DNA of 64,000 nt from Microcystaceae cyanobacterium (GTDB lineage: Bacteria; Cyanobacteriota; Cyanobacteriia; Cyanobacteriales; Microcystaceae), in the NCBI GenBank assembly GCA_041746575.1, contig JBGTGT010000101.1, positions 43,859-107,858 of the forward strand, read 5' to 3'. The notes beneath the pieces were generated by a model that saw only the letters and a program-made list of their open reading frames with translations, had not been told where the DNA came from and did not search any database. Below, one piece after another: positions 21,093 through 30,894 of this stretch. How positions within the stretch are numbered: the first letter of the stretch is position 1; the number at the start of each line of letters is the position of its first letter. The position numbers and the translations under genes are program-made.

Positions 21093-23510
21093 ATGAAGAA
21101 CCTGATTTCTCTTCCCCAAATTCCTGACTGTGCATGGCAACGTCTCATTGGCAAAGACTGGGATAACCCCTACACTGTGCGCTATGCTAGTAATCTTGAT
21201 GATGGCCCCTCTCATGGAATGCCGTTGGGGGGGTTTGGTGCAGGTTGCATTGGACGCTCTCCGAATGGGGATTTTAACCTCTGGCACATCGACGGGGGTG
21301 AACATACCTTTAAATCCGTTCCCAGCTGTCAATTTAGCGTATTTGAGCAAACAGAAGACGGTAATGCTCAAGCTTACGCCATGAGTACAGAAACGCCAAC
21401 TGATGGTACATTGTCAGCGTGGACATGGTATCCCAAAGAAAAAGGGACATATTCAGCATTGTATCCCCGTAGTTGGTACCAATATGAAGGAATTTTTAAA
21501 ACAAAGCTAATTTGTGAGCAATATTCTCCCATTTGGTCGGGAAATTATCAAGAAAGCAGTTATCCCCTTGCACTTTTTGAGTGGACAGTCCACAACCCCA
21601 GCGATGAACCGATAACCCTGAGTATCATGCTCACATGGCAAAATATGGTGGGATGGTTTACCAATGCAATCAAATCGCCGGAAGTTAAAGTCAGAGATGA
21701 TGGCAGTCCTGTTTACGAGTATCATCCTAAATGGGGGGATAGTACAGGCAATTTTAACCAATGGATACAAGATAACTCCAGAATCGGATATATTCTTAAT
21801 CGTATTCAATTGCGCGATCAAATCGAAGAAGGAGAAGGACAAATTGCGATCGCAAGTATTACTAATCCCAGCCTAGAAGTATTTTACCTTGGTAAATGGA
21901 ATCCTAACGGTGACGGTTCAGAAATTTGGGATACCTTCGCTCATAATGGTTCATTACCCGACAAAGAAGACGAAACACCCGCAGAACCTGAAGAACAATT
22001 AGCGGCGGCTTTTGCGATTCGTTTCACGATACGTCCGGGCAAAACTCGCAAAATTCCTTTTATTGTGGCGTGGGACTTTCCTATTACAACGTTTAAGCAA
22101 GATGTTAACGCTTATCGTCGTTATACGGACTTTTTTGGTCGTAATGGCCAGAACGTTTGGTCAATGGTACGAACGGCCTTGAAACATGGAGATGTGTGGC
22201 GCGATTACATCACAGAATGGCAATCACCGATTATCAATCGCAAAGATTTACCAAATTGGTTTAAAATGGCTCTTTTTAATGAGCTTTACTTACTTGCAGA
22301 TGGAGGAACACTTTGGACGGCGGCGACAGAAAATGATCCTATCGGACAATTTGGGGTTTTGGAATGTATAGATTATCGTTGGTATGAAAGCTTAGATGTG
22401 CGTCTTTATGGTTCATTTGGTTTGTTAATGAACTGGCCTCGCTTAGATAAGGCGGTTTTAGAGGCATTTGCCAGAGCAATTCCTACGACAGACGATACCC
22501 CTCGTATTATCGGTTATAATCGTGCTTCAGCGATTCGTAAAGCGAAAGGGGCAACTCCTCACGACTTAGGTGCGCCGAATGAACATCCTTGGGTACAAAC
22601 AAATTATACTTCCTATCAAGACTGTAATCTTTGGAAAGACTTGAGTAGCGATTTTGTCCTACAAGTTTATCGGGATTATGTCTTAACGGGAGCAACAGAT
22701 CAAGATTTTTTGTGGGAATGTTGGAATGCTATTACGGAAACTTTAGCCTATTTAAAGGAATTTGACTTAGATAACGACGGAATACCGGAAAACGCCGGCG
22801 CACCCGATCAGACGTATGACGACTGGGAATTACGGGGAATTAGTGCCTATTGTGGGGGATTGTGGATAGCGGCATTGGAGGCGGCGATCAAGATAGGGGA
22901 TATTTTATTAAAACGTCCTCCGATGAATCCTCAATTGCAACCCGAAAATTACCCTGATTGTATTGAAAAGTATCTCGCCGTTTATCAAGGTTGGTTAGCC
23001 CAATCTCGTGCTATTTATCATGATACTTTATGGAATGGAGAATACTATCGTTTAGACAGTGAAAGTGGTTCAGATGTGGTGATGGCTGATCAATTATGTG
23101 GTCAATTTTATGCGAGATTATTAAAGTTACCCGACGTGGTCGAAAATCAGTATGTGGAATCGGCGTTGGGCAAGGTTTATGAGGCGTGTTTTCTAAAGTT
23201 TTATAACGGAAAATATGGAGCGGCAAATGGAATGAAACCCGATGGAAAACCGGAAGATCCCAATTCAACCCATCCCCAAGAAGTTTGGCTGGGAATTAAT
23301 TATGGTTTGGCGGCATTTCTGTTACAAATAGGACGGAAAGATGAAGCATTTCAATTAACCGAGGCAGTGATTAAACAGGTTTATGAAAATGGCTTGCAAT
23401 TTCGGACTCCTGAAGCAATTACGGCAGTGGGAACTTTTCGTGCTTGTCATTATTTACGAGCAATGGCTATCTGGGCAATTTATGGAGTTTTAACGGGGTT
23501 TAAGTCTTAG
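21093..23510 (+). CDS. GH116 beta-glucosidase (non-lysosomal glucosylceramidase-like)
   Basis: GMPLGGFGAG, LECIDYRWYESLDV, PHDLGAP, DQTYDDW, FRTPEA. Confidence 0.93.
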   Translation: MKNLISLPQIPDCAWQRLIGKDWDNPYTVRYASNLDDGPSHGMPLGGFGAGCIGRSPNGDFNLWHIDGGEHTFKSVPSCQFSVFEQTEDGNAQAYAMSTETPTDGTLSAWTWYPKEKGTYSALYPRSWYQYEGIFKTKLICEQYSPIWSGNYQESSYPLALFEWTVHNPSDEPITLSIMLTWQNMVGWFTNAIKSPEVKVRDDGSPVYEYHPKWGDSTGNFNQWIQDNSRIGYILNRIQLRDQIEEGEGQIAIASITNPSLEVFYLGKWNPNGDGSEIWDTFAHNGSLPDKEDETPAEPEEQLAAAFAIRFTIRPGKTRKIPFIVAWDFPITTFKQDVNAYRRYTDFFGRNGQNVWSMVRTALKHGDVWRDYITEWQSPIINRKDLPNWFKMALFNELYLLADGGTLWTAATENDPIGQFGVLECIDYRWYESLDVRLYGSFGLLMNWPRLDKAVLEAFARAIPTTDDTPRIIGYNRASAIRKAKGATPHDLGAPNEHPWVQTNYTSYQDCNLWKDLSSDFVLQVYRDYVLTGATDQDFLWECWNAITETLAYLKEFDLDNDGIPENAGAPDQTYDDWELRGISAYCGGLWIAALEAAIKIGDILLKRPPMNPQLQPENYPDCIEKYLAVYQGWLAQSRAIYHDTLWNGEYYRLDSESGSDVVMADQLCGQFYARLLKLPDVVENQYVESALGKVYEACFLKFYNGKYGAANGMKPDGKPEDPNSTHPQEVWLGINYGLAAFLLQIGRKDEAFQLTEAVIKQVYENGLQFRTPEAITAVGTFRACHYLRAMAIWAIYGVLTGFKS

Positions 23511-23580
23511 TAATTTCGTCTGTGCATTTTAAGCTAAACTGTACGGATATTACTTATCCCTGTTTTCGGAAAGATTTACC

Positions 23581-23787
23581 ATGCCGTACGTCAATATTCA
23601 AATTACCCAAGGTGCAACTAGAGAACAGAAAGCTGAATTAGTCAAAGATGTGACACAATCTTTAGTTCGCATATTGGCTAAAAAACCTGAACATATTCAT
23701 ATCGTTATTCAAGAAATTAATGAAGAGGATTGGGGATTTTCTGGATTATTGACTGATGAATGGAAAAAACAACAAACGGAAGCTTAA
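23581..23787 (+). CDS. 4-oxalocrotonate tautomerase family protein
   Basis: Pro-1 (MPYVNI), EQKAELVKDVT, WGFSG. Confidence 0.9.
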   Translation: MPYVNIQITQGATREQKAELVKDVTQSLVRILAKKPEHIHIVIQEINEEDWGFSGLLTDEWKKQQTEA

Positions 23788-23898
23788 CAGCGATCGCACA
23801 GTAATTTGCATTGCGGCGTGCCTTTAAGTTGATATAATCTAAAATTAGGATAAGGGATAGATTAGGGGAACTTCATTACCCATCACCCGTAGATTTAA

Positions 23899-24172
23899 TT
23901 AGTTATTGATGTTGCTATGCCGACAATTATTCTCATTTCTTTTCATCGTTTGGGGCATGAATATCGAGGTTTATTAGATTGCTCTGCTTGTGCTTATCAC
24001 AAAAATAATACTGAAGATAATAGCTATAACATTAGTGATATTCAATCTCTGACAGATTTACCTTTTAAGTTTTCTATCTGCTGACGAAGAAAATGCACTG
24101 ATAGATCGTTTTAATAAGTGGTTAGAGGAGGTTATTGTCACAGGTTTAGAATATCGGAATAGCAGCATTTAA
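23899..24172 (+). pseudogene. frameshifted C-terminal gene fragment, possibly of a Fic-family protein
   Basis: LVIDVAMPTIILISFHRLGHEYRGLL...LPFKFS, then in the +1 frame ADEENALIDRFNKWLEEVIVTGLEY*; family assignment from memory only. Confidence 0.5.
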
Positions 24173-24213
24173 AGATAAAAATAAGGTAGGAGCGATCCCA
24201 CCCTAAAATTAAG

Positions 24214-26775
24214 TTACTTCGCTTCTAATTTCGCCAAACGGCTCTTTAATTCCTGATTGTCTTGCTTAATCTTATCTAAATCTTCCCGCAATGATTTAAG
24301 CTCTTTATCCGATCCTAATTTCTTGCGAACTTTCTCCATTGCTTCTTCTGCCATGCGTCGCACTCGTCCATCTGGCGTTTGATCGGCTAAACTTTGAAGA
24401 ATAGGAATAGCTTTGGGTGTTTCCATTTGTCCTAATGCGCTAGAAACTGCTACTTGGGTTAAAAAGAAACTTTCTTGGGAAATTGCCTCCAGCTGCTCTA
24501 AAATTGTCTGTAACTTGTCGGGAGTTTGTCCGCTTGAAACAGTCCCTAACGCACGAATCGCAGATAATCTTAAAGGTTGAGGAATACCCGATTTAGTGTA
24601 TTCTGCAATAACGCCAACTGCCACGGGAGAAGTAGTCAACTTACTTAAACCGCCAATTGCACCCGATCGCACGACTTCATTCCATCCTTCTCGCTCTTTT
24701 AACACTTTTTGCAAAATTTCAATCACTTCTGCTTCTTTTTCTTTCAAATTCCCTGACACCATACTCCCCAACCCTCGCGCCGCGGATGCTTCCACTGTGT
24801 AACTTTCATCGCCATTTTCTAAGGTATTTTTGACACTTTCGTAACATTGTAGAGTTTTAATCTGACTTAATCCTTCTACCACCGCACGACGGACTTTTGC
24901 ATCTTGATCTTCTAATCCTTCCCTTAAAGCTTCCCCAGCTTGATTTAGTTTAATCGTTGCAAGCTGTTTGGCAGACTCTAGCCGAACTCCCCAGAAAGGA
25001 TCTTGAGTTAAACTGTTTTTTATCGCTTCTATTGCCTCTAAACTGCCTTTTTTAGCAATTGCTTTAATTGCATAGATGCGAGAAATGGGATCGGGATCAT
25101 ATTTTAATTGTGCCTTTAATTCGGCGATAGGATAGTCTAATTCGACGGTTTTCAGCCAATTATTTCCTATATCAAAGCTGATGAAGTGGGGTTTCTTCTC
25201 CAGAGGGAAATAAAAACTCTGTTCATATTCGTAGATACGCAAGGTAAAAGACTTCTGAGTAACGCTACCGTTAGTATAGCCAAAAGCAATGGGTATTTTT
25301 AGATCAAATAACTCTTTTTCATTGTCTTTCGCTTGCTTTTGAGTAACGGTTAACTTAGTAAGGTTACTGTCACCATCCCAACTATAGGCGATTTTGTAGT
25401 CAGGATGCCCCCCGCGGAAAACATATTGATCAAAAAGAAATAAAAGGTTATATCCCGTCGCTTTATCTATGGCTCTCAATAAATCCACTGTTTCAACAGT
25501 TTTATGAGCGTTATCCTGCACAAAGGTAGAAATTGCTTTATCAAATAACTCATCCCCCAAAATTGTGCGAATCATGTGATAAACACAAGCACCCTTTTCA
25601 TACAGATGACGATCATACAACTCGATCGCTTCTCGGTAAACATGAGTGACAATGGGACGGCGATAACGGCTAGAATCTTCCTGTAAATACCTTTTTGCTT
25701 CTCCTAAAAGGTAATATGCAGCATCATCTTTTCCGTACTCCTTCTCAACCCATAATACCTCTGAATAAGAAGCCATTCCTTCTTTAATCCAAGCGTGTGA
25801 CCAATGTTTGATTACCACCAAGTCACCAAACCACTGATGCGCCAACTCATGCGCCACCAAACTTTCAGTCCGCATATTATCAATCATAGCCCGTTCGTCG
25901 AGCAAACAGCGATCGGTTAGCAACGTGGTTGAAGTGTTTTCCATCCCCCCAAAAATAAAGTCATCTACGCACACTTGAGCATATTTAGGGTAAGGATAGG
26001 GATAACCAAACTTTTCGCTAAAAAAGGCAATCATTTGCGGCGTTTTTCCCATACTACGCTTGCCGTCTTCTTCCCGTCCTTTTTCAACATAATAGGTGAC
26101 AGGAATATTATTCCAACTGTCTTTGATCTCTGCAAAGTCACCGACTGCTAATGTCATCAAATAGGTAGGATGAACCTGTTTTTGCGTCCATTGATAAATA
26201 ATAGCGTCTCCTTTATCTTCTGTAGCGATTAGCTCTCCGTTAGAGATCGCTAAATAAGGTTTAGGCAGTTTTACACGGATTTCTGAGGTTGCCAATTGGC
26301 CAGGGTAGTCAAAGCAAGGAAACCAAAAACGGGAGTCTTCGTCTTCTCCCTGTGTCCATACTTGCACGGGTTTGTCTGGATAATGTTCATCGGGTGCAAT
26401 AAAGTATAAGCCCCTCTGAGGATGAGAAACGTGGTAAGCAATCGAAAGAATGCAGGTTTGTTCAGTGGTGGGTTTTAGAAGCTGAATAACGAGCTTTTCG
26501 CCGTCATAATCAAAGGGTTGACTGACACCATCCATTAACACCGAGGTAATATTAAGGTTGACTGCATCTAGAGTTAATTGGGTGATTCCTCGACGTACTG
26601 GAGTTAAAGTGATATTACAGTGACCCTGAAAGGATTTATTGGAGATATCTAAGCTCAAATCAAGGAATATATGATTAACCTGTCCAGGGCGATCAGGGTT
26701 ATAGTGAGGTTTAGCACCGGGAAGTTCAAAGGATTTACGATTGTTGTTTTCGGTGTCAAAATATAGGTTAGGCAT
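24214..26775 (-). CDS. pepN: M1 aminopeptidase with C-terminal HEAT repeats
   Basis: GGMEN, HELAHQWFG...E, YEKGA; HEAT-like repeats and a coiled-coil tail. Confidence 0.92.
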   Translation of the reverse strand: MPNLYFDTENNNRKSFELPGAKPHYNPDRPGQVNHIFLDLSLDISNKSFQGHCNITLTPVRRGITQLTLDAVNLNITSVLMDGVSQPFDYDGEKLVIQLLKPTTEQTCILSIAYHVSHPQRGLYFIAPDEHYPDKPVQVWTQGEDEDSRFWFPCFDYPGQLATSEIRVKLPKPYLAISNGELIATEDKGDAIIYQWTQKQVHPTYLMTLAVGDFAEIKDSWNNIPVTYYVEKGREEDGKRSMGKTPQMIAFFSEKFGYPYPYPKYAQVCVDDFIFGGMENTSTTLLTDRCLLDERAMIDNMRTESLVAHELAHQWFGDLVVIKHWSHAWIKEGMASYSEVLWVEKEYGKDDAAYYLLGEAKRYLQEDSSRYRRPIVTHVYREAIELYDRHLYEKGACVYHMIRTILGDELFDKAISTFVQDNAHKTVETVDLLRAIDKATGYNLLFLFDQYVFRGGHPDYKIAYSWDGDSNLTKLTVTQKQAKDNEKELFDLKIPIAFGYTNGSVTQKSFTLRIYEYEQSFYFPLEKKPHFISFDIGNNWLKTVELDYPIAELKAQLKYDPDPISRIYAIKAIAKKGSLEAIEAIKNSLTQDPFWGVRLESAKQLATIKLNQAGEALREGLEDQDAKVRRAVVEGLSQIKTLQCYESVKNTLENGDESYTVEASAARGLGSMVSGNLKEKEAEVIEILQKVLKEREGWNEVVRSGAIGGLSKLTTSPVAVGVIAEYTKSGIPQPLRLSAIRALGTVSSGQTPDKLQTILEQLEAISQESFFLTQVAVSSALGQMETPKAIPILQSLADQTPDGRVRRMAEEAMEKVRKKLGSDKELKSLREDLDKIKQDNQELKSRLAKLEAK

Positions 26776-26908
26776 TCTGTTGTGATGTCTCGTTAAGGTT
26801 TCTTTTTAGATTTTAAAATAATCTTTCTTTAAATGCCTTGTCTTTATCAGAAAAGAAGATATTCTGAGAATAGTTAAACGAGTTTGAGGTTAATTATTTT
26901 CCCATACA

Positions 26909-27229
26909 ATGACCTTTCTAGATCCTAATGCTATTATTCCCAAAGCTAAATTAACCCAATATTTGTTAATTCAATTATCAAAGAATGACAAATCGCAGTT
27001 TTTAGCAAAAGCAGGTTATACACCAGCAAATTGGCAAGATTTAGAAAGGGATCTGCGACAGCAAATTCTTCCTCTTAATGCGATTCCTACTATCTTAACT
27101 GAATTTGGGCAAAAGTATGAAATCTCTGGACAATTAAGAGGCGTAAATGGTGTTATTTTAAAGGTTGTTACAGTGTGGATAGTGAGTGATTCTGAAACTC
27201 GATTTGTAACCTTAGTTCCCCAAAAGTAA
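26909..27229 (+). CDS. DUF6883-like putative toxin
   Basis: KLTQYLL...DKSQFL...FGQKYEI.G.L.G.NG...V.TVWI....RFVTLVP. Confidence 0.7.
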   Translation: MTFLDPNAIIPKAKLTQYLLIQLSKNDKSQFLAKAGYTPANWQDLERDLRQQILPLNAIPTILTEFGQKYEISGQLRGVNGVILKVVTVWIVSDSETRFVTLVPQK

Positions 27230-27234
27230 GCAAT

Positions 27235-27483
27235 ATGACTATTAAACTTTATAATCTAGTAGCGTTAATCGTTGATCTTCCTCAATTTGGCTTAAAAAAG
27301 GGAGATACTGCTTATGCTATTGAGCATTATCCGATGCCAGAAGGTCAAGAGGATGGTTATAGTTTAGAAGGGTTTGATATTCCCATTGAAGAAATAACCG
27401 TTGAGGTGAGAGAAAGTCAAATTAGACCTTTAAGTGAAAAGGAATTAAAGGAAGTAGAGAAAAGTTATTCATCAGTTAAGTAA
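27235..27483 (+). CDS. DUF4926-like putative antitoxin
   Basis: VAL.VDLPQFGLKKGD....EHY...EDGYSLE; starts 5 nt after the upstream stop. Confidence 0.7.
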   Translation: MTIKLYNLVALIVDLPQFGLKKGDTAYAIEHYPMPEGQEDGYSLEGFDIPIEEITVEVRESQIRPLSEKELKEVEKSYSSVK

Positions 27484-27498
27484 TCGGAGATTTGACAA

Positions 27499-27777
27499 AT
27501 GAAAACAGATTTATTTAATAAATTTCTCACCTTTTTAAATCAATTAGAACAACAAAAGATTAGTTATCAAATTTCTCATCCTCGAGATAAAGCGGTTATG
27601 ATAACAGTTGCTACTGTGGGAGAACGTTGGGAAATTGAATTTTTAGAAAATGGAGAGATTGAAGTTGAAAAGTTTATTAGTAATGGAGAAATTCAGGGAG
27701 AGGAAGCGTTACAAGAATTATTTAAAAGGGAAAAATTAGAAGATTCTATCATTGAGCAAATATCTGTTTTAACTTAG
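27499..27777 (+). CDS. conserved hypothetical acidic protein
   Basis: GERWEIEFLENGEIEVEKFISNG; GGAG RBS. Confidence 0.7.
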   Translation: MKTDLFNKFLTFLNQLEQQKISYQISHPRDKAVMITVATVGERWEIEFLENGEIEVEKFISNGEIQGEEALQELFKREKLEDSIIEQISVLT

Positions 27778-27832
27778 TAGCGTTAACCGTTGATCTTCCT
27801 CAAGTTGGTTAAAAAAAGGGAGATACTGTTAT
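27775..27832 (+). repeat. imperfect ~58-bp copy of the 5' part of the DUF4926 gene (27257-27315)
   Basis: tagtagcgttaa(t/c)cgttgatcttcctcaa(t/g)ttgg..aaaaaagggagatactg present at both places. Confidence 0.85.
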
Positions 27833-27838
27833 TGTCCT

Positions 27839-28794
27839 TTATTCTGCAAAATAGTCTGTATCTATTTTCTTAATCTCATAAAATTTGACGGGAGAAACAC
27901 CCACATTATAATCAATCAAAAATTCACCCAATACATTGCCATCAATGAGAATAATTTTACTGTCTATCATAGAAATGAGAATAATTTTACTGTCTATCAT
28001 AGATGCGTATTCAACCGCTTCTTTACTGTATTGTGAGGTTGTAATAAAAATTCCTTTTTTTGCTTGTTGTCCTAACAAAGCACCTGCAAACTTTTGTATT
28101 TCTGGTCTTCCCACTTTTCCATCCCATCGTTTAGCTTGAATATAGATAATATCTAATCCTAGTCTATCTTCTTTGATAATACCATCAATACCCCCATCAT
28201 TTGATTTACCAATCGCTTGACCCGCTTCTTTTCTTGAACCACCATAACCCATCTTAATTAAAAGATCAATAACTAATCTTTCAAAAAAGTCAGGTGAACA
28301 TTTTTTAAGAATGTCTAATAACTCATCTTTTAAGTCATTTTTGATTTTCTGAAAAGCCTGTTCTAATTGTTCTTCAGGGGTTTTAGAACCATTTATGATG
28401 CTATGATCTTGAAAATTAGAATCACTCTCATCTTTTTGCTTTTTATTTGTTCTAAAATCCCTAAACTCCTCATATTGACCGAGAAAATCAACATTAATAT
28501 CTTGAGGTAATTTACTTAAAACTTGTAATCCCCTATCTGTTATTTTAGAATATCCTCTTCTTGTTTTTTCTAATAAACCAGCTTTTTTAAGATAAGTAAT
28601 AGCCCAATAGCCCATCCTACTCTATTATCAAAAGTAGGTTGTTGTCCACTGGGTAATAGTTGCCGTCTTTCTTCATCAGTTAAAGTAAAACTATCTGCTA
28701 AATACTCAATGGTTTTTCTTAATGAATGTTCTTGGTTATCCCCTATATATTTTAAAAGAGGAAGCATAATAGTTTGAAAATCTGGAATCGTCAT
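27839..28794 (-). pseudogene. mrr: Mrr type IV restriction endonuclease, frameshifted
   Basis: MTIPDFQTIMLPLL...FDNRVGWA N-domain and DGGIDG/IQAKRW catalytic domain lie in different frames; 8-bp duplication at 28599-28614, 30-bp duplication at 27944-28003. Confidence 0.9.
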
Positions 28795-29003
28795 AATTCT
28801 TACAATAAAGATAAGCATTGTAAATTAACCTTTACTTCTAGAATACCCAGAAATTACCTGTAAGTAACATTTCTCCGCGAAAAACTTAAGACCTTCGCTA
28901 GATAAGCATTTCAGCAGAATTGTATCAAGATTAAATGAGTTTGAGATAATAAGGCGATCGCCTTCAAGACATAATATTCTATAAACCACTTTAGAATAAA
29001 TCT

Positions 29004-29261
29004 ATGTTGCAACCCCAAACCCTTAACATTCAATATATTACTGATGATAACGGCAAAAAAACGGCTGTTATTATTCCTATTGAGCAATTTGAGGAACGAT
29101 TAGAAGATATTGAAGATTTACAAATGATTGCAGAAAGGAAAGGAAAGCAAGCATTTTTCATGAAGATTTAATTAATGAACTTAAACAATATGGACTCTCA
29201 TAAAATTGAAATGATTAGAATAGGTCATCGTCAAGGAATTTATAAAAATAGTTTAAAATAA
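29004..29261 (+). pseudogene. remnant type II TA locus: frameshifted RelB-like antitoxin plus the last ~19 codons of a RelE-like toxin
   Basis: IQYITDDNGKKTAVIIPIEQFEERLEDIEDLQMIAER, then shifted frame HEDLINELKQYGLS*, then KIEMIRIGHRQGIYKN. Confidence 0.7.
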
Positions 29262-29356
29262 AAAAGCGATAGAATGATATCATTATTCAATTCAAATTTT
29301 ACCAATTCAATAGTGAGGAAACTTTCTGCCTTACCCCCCGTCAAAAAGGCATAAGT

Positions 29357-29422
29357 GTGTGTGAGGAGTAAGAACAAAGTTCCGGTAGTCGAAACATGGA
29401 CAGGCTTACGGAACTTTTTTTT
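29357..29422 (+). ncRNA. yfr2: Yfr2 family cyanobacterial sRNA
   Basis: 5' GTGTGAGGAG motif, hairpin AAAGTTCCG...CGGAACTTT with GAAACATGGACA loop, 3' poly-T. Confidence 0.85.
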
Positions 29423-29439
29423 CTTTCATATTTTAACCC

Positions 29440-29466
29440 AAAAATAAGTCCGCCAGAGACGGACTC
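29440..29466 (-). terminator. psbI terminator
   Basis: Minus strand AGTCCG-TCTCTGG-CGGACT-TATTTTT. Confidence 0.6.
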
Positions 29467-29497
29467 ACAGATTATGATAATAATTTAACCATAACGC

Positions 29498-29614
29498 TTA
29501 TTCAAAGTCTTTGCGTCCGGGATTACGAGTAGGATCGCCCGACAGAAAGCCAAAGACAAAGAGGGTGATAAAGAAACCAACCACAATATAAACGGCAATT
29601 TTGAGAGTTAACAT
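29498..29614 (-). CDS. psbI: photosystem II protein I
   Basis: [46 protein letters not shown]. Confidence 0.98.
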   Translation of the reverse strand: MLTLKIAVYIVVGFFITLFVFGFLSGDPTRNPGRKDFE

Positions 29615-29695
29615 CTTATTGACTCCTTGTAAAACGGGAATGAGGGCTAAGGTTGTAAAGCTACCTTGCTTACTGTAGCGCATTTCGGGTCTTCA

Positions 29696-30796
29696 TTAAA
29701 ACCCTTTTATCCCCAACTGTTGCGCCGTTTGACTGGCAACAATTACTTGGCGATCGCCATCAAATAATACCGATCCCACTGCTACTTTTTGCCCGATTTG
29801 TCGTTCGATATAATCTTGACAACGGTTATCAATGGTTTCTGCAATATGATAGTAGAGTTTCTGTGACCAAATTTCCCCGTTTTCAAGTGTTTTTAAGTAT
29901 TTTAAAGCTGATTCTAGGGTAGGACAGTTCCCCATCTCCTGTATCACCTTAAGCGGTAATCCCACTTTCACCCCTTGTGCCATGAGAATCTCTTGACGAC
30001 CATCCGCTAAATAATGGTGCGTGTGGAAAATTCCTCCGGCTAACTTAACTAATTTACCATGATATCCTAACAAAACCACAGATTTGACTGAATAAGAGGC
30101 GGCAGTCACTAACATTGAACCGATCCAGTTGGCTGTTTTAACCAATGTTTGAGGATCTATTCCCATTTTTTGCCCTAAATCTAAACCATTTTCCCCGATA
30201 CAAAAGACTAAATGCTTAAATTTATCTGCTTTACTGCGTAAATCTGCTTGATAAGCGTCCAATTGTTCCTTTGCCGTTAAAGGTCGAGAAATTCCCGTTG
30301 TCCCTAATAAAGATAACCCATCTACCACCCCAAACGCCGCATTTGAGGTTCTTAACGCCAGTTGACGGCCTTCTGGCAAAATTAAAGTAACCGTAATTTT
30401 CTGATTTTGATGAAGATAGGGAGTCAAATTATGCTGTAACAGTTCATTGGCATAACGATAAATCGCCACCTTTCCCTCATGATTTTGCTGAATGCCGATT
30501 CCTGCACCTCCCTTGATTTCAATCTCCGATTGATCCCCCATCTGACAGGTGACAAAAGCCCAAATTGGTGTATTTCGGGTTAGATCTAAATTATCCCCCG
30601 GATCACTGCGTGTAATTGCCAAAGCTTGATTTTCCGTTATTTTAGCCCCTTGTTCAATCGGAATCGTTACCGTTTGTTTGGGAGTCACCAAATCAAAAGT
30701 GACTTCCTTAATCTCTGTTTCCCCTCTGAGATACTGTAAAGCAGCGATCGCCGATCCACAAGCAAATACCGGTAATGTATAACCCGAACGAACCAT
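29696..30796 (-). CDS. cbiD: cobalt-precorrin-5B C1-methyltransferase
   Basis: RSGYTLPVFAC, SDPGDNLDLT, TSNAAFGVVDGLSLLGTTG, GYHGKLVKLAGGIFHTH. Confidence 0.95.
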   Translation of the reverse strand: MVRSGYTLPVFACGSAIAALQYLRGETEIKEVTFDLVTPKQTVTIPIEQGAKITENQALAITRSDPGDNLDLTRNTPIWAFVTCQMGDQSEIEIKGGAGIGIQQNHEGKVAIYRYANELLQHNLTPYLHQNQKITVTLILPEGRQLALRTSNAAFGVVDGLSLLGTTGISRPLTAKEQLDAYQADLRSKADKFKHLVFCIGENGLDLGQKMGIDPQTLVKTANWIGSMLVTAASYSVKSVVLLGYHGKLVKLAGGIFHTHHYLADGRQEILMAQGVKVGLPLKVIQEMGNCPTLESALKYLKTLENGEIWSQKLYYHIAETIDNRCQDYIERQIGQKVAVGSVLFDGDRQVIVASQTAQQLGIKGF

Positions 30797-30894
30797 CTTA
30801 CCCCTAATCCCTAAGCCATCATCACCAGTGTAGACACTCACCCATTTTTTCCCTTACAATAACAAAATATTAACAGTTCTTAATATAAAACTCA

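Noticed and set aside
28570..28818. 82-aa ORF as an independent gene
   Set aside because: It is the N-terminal part of the frameshifted mrr
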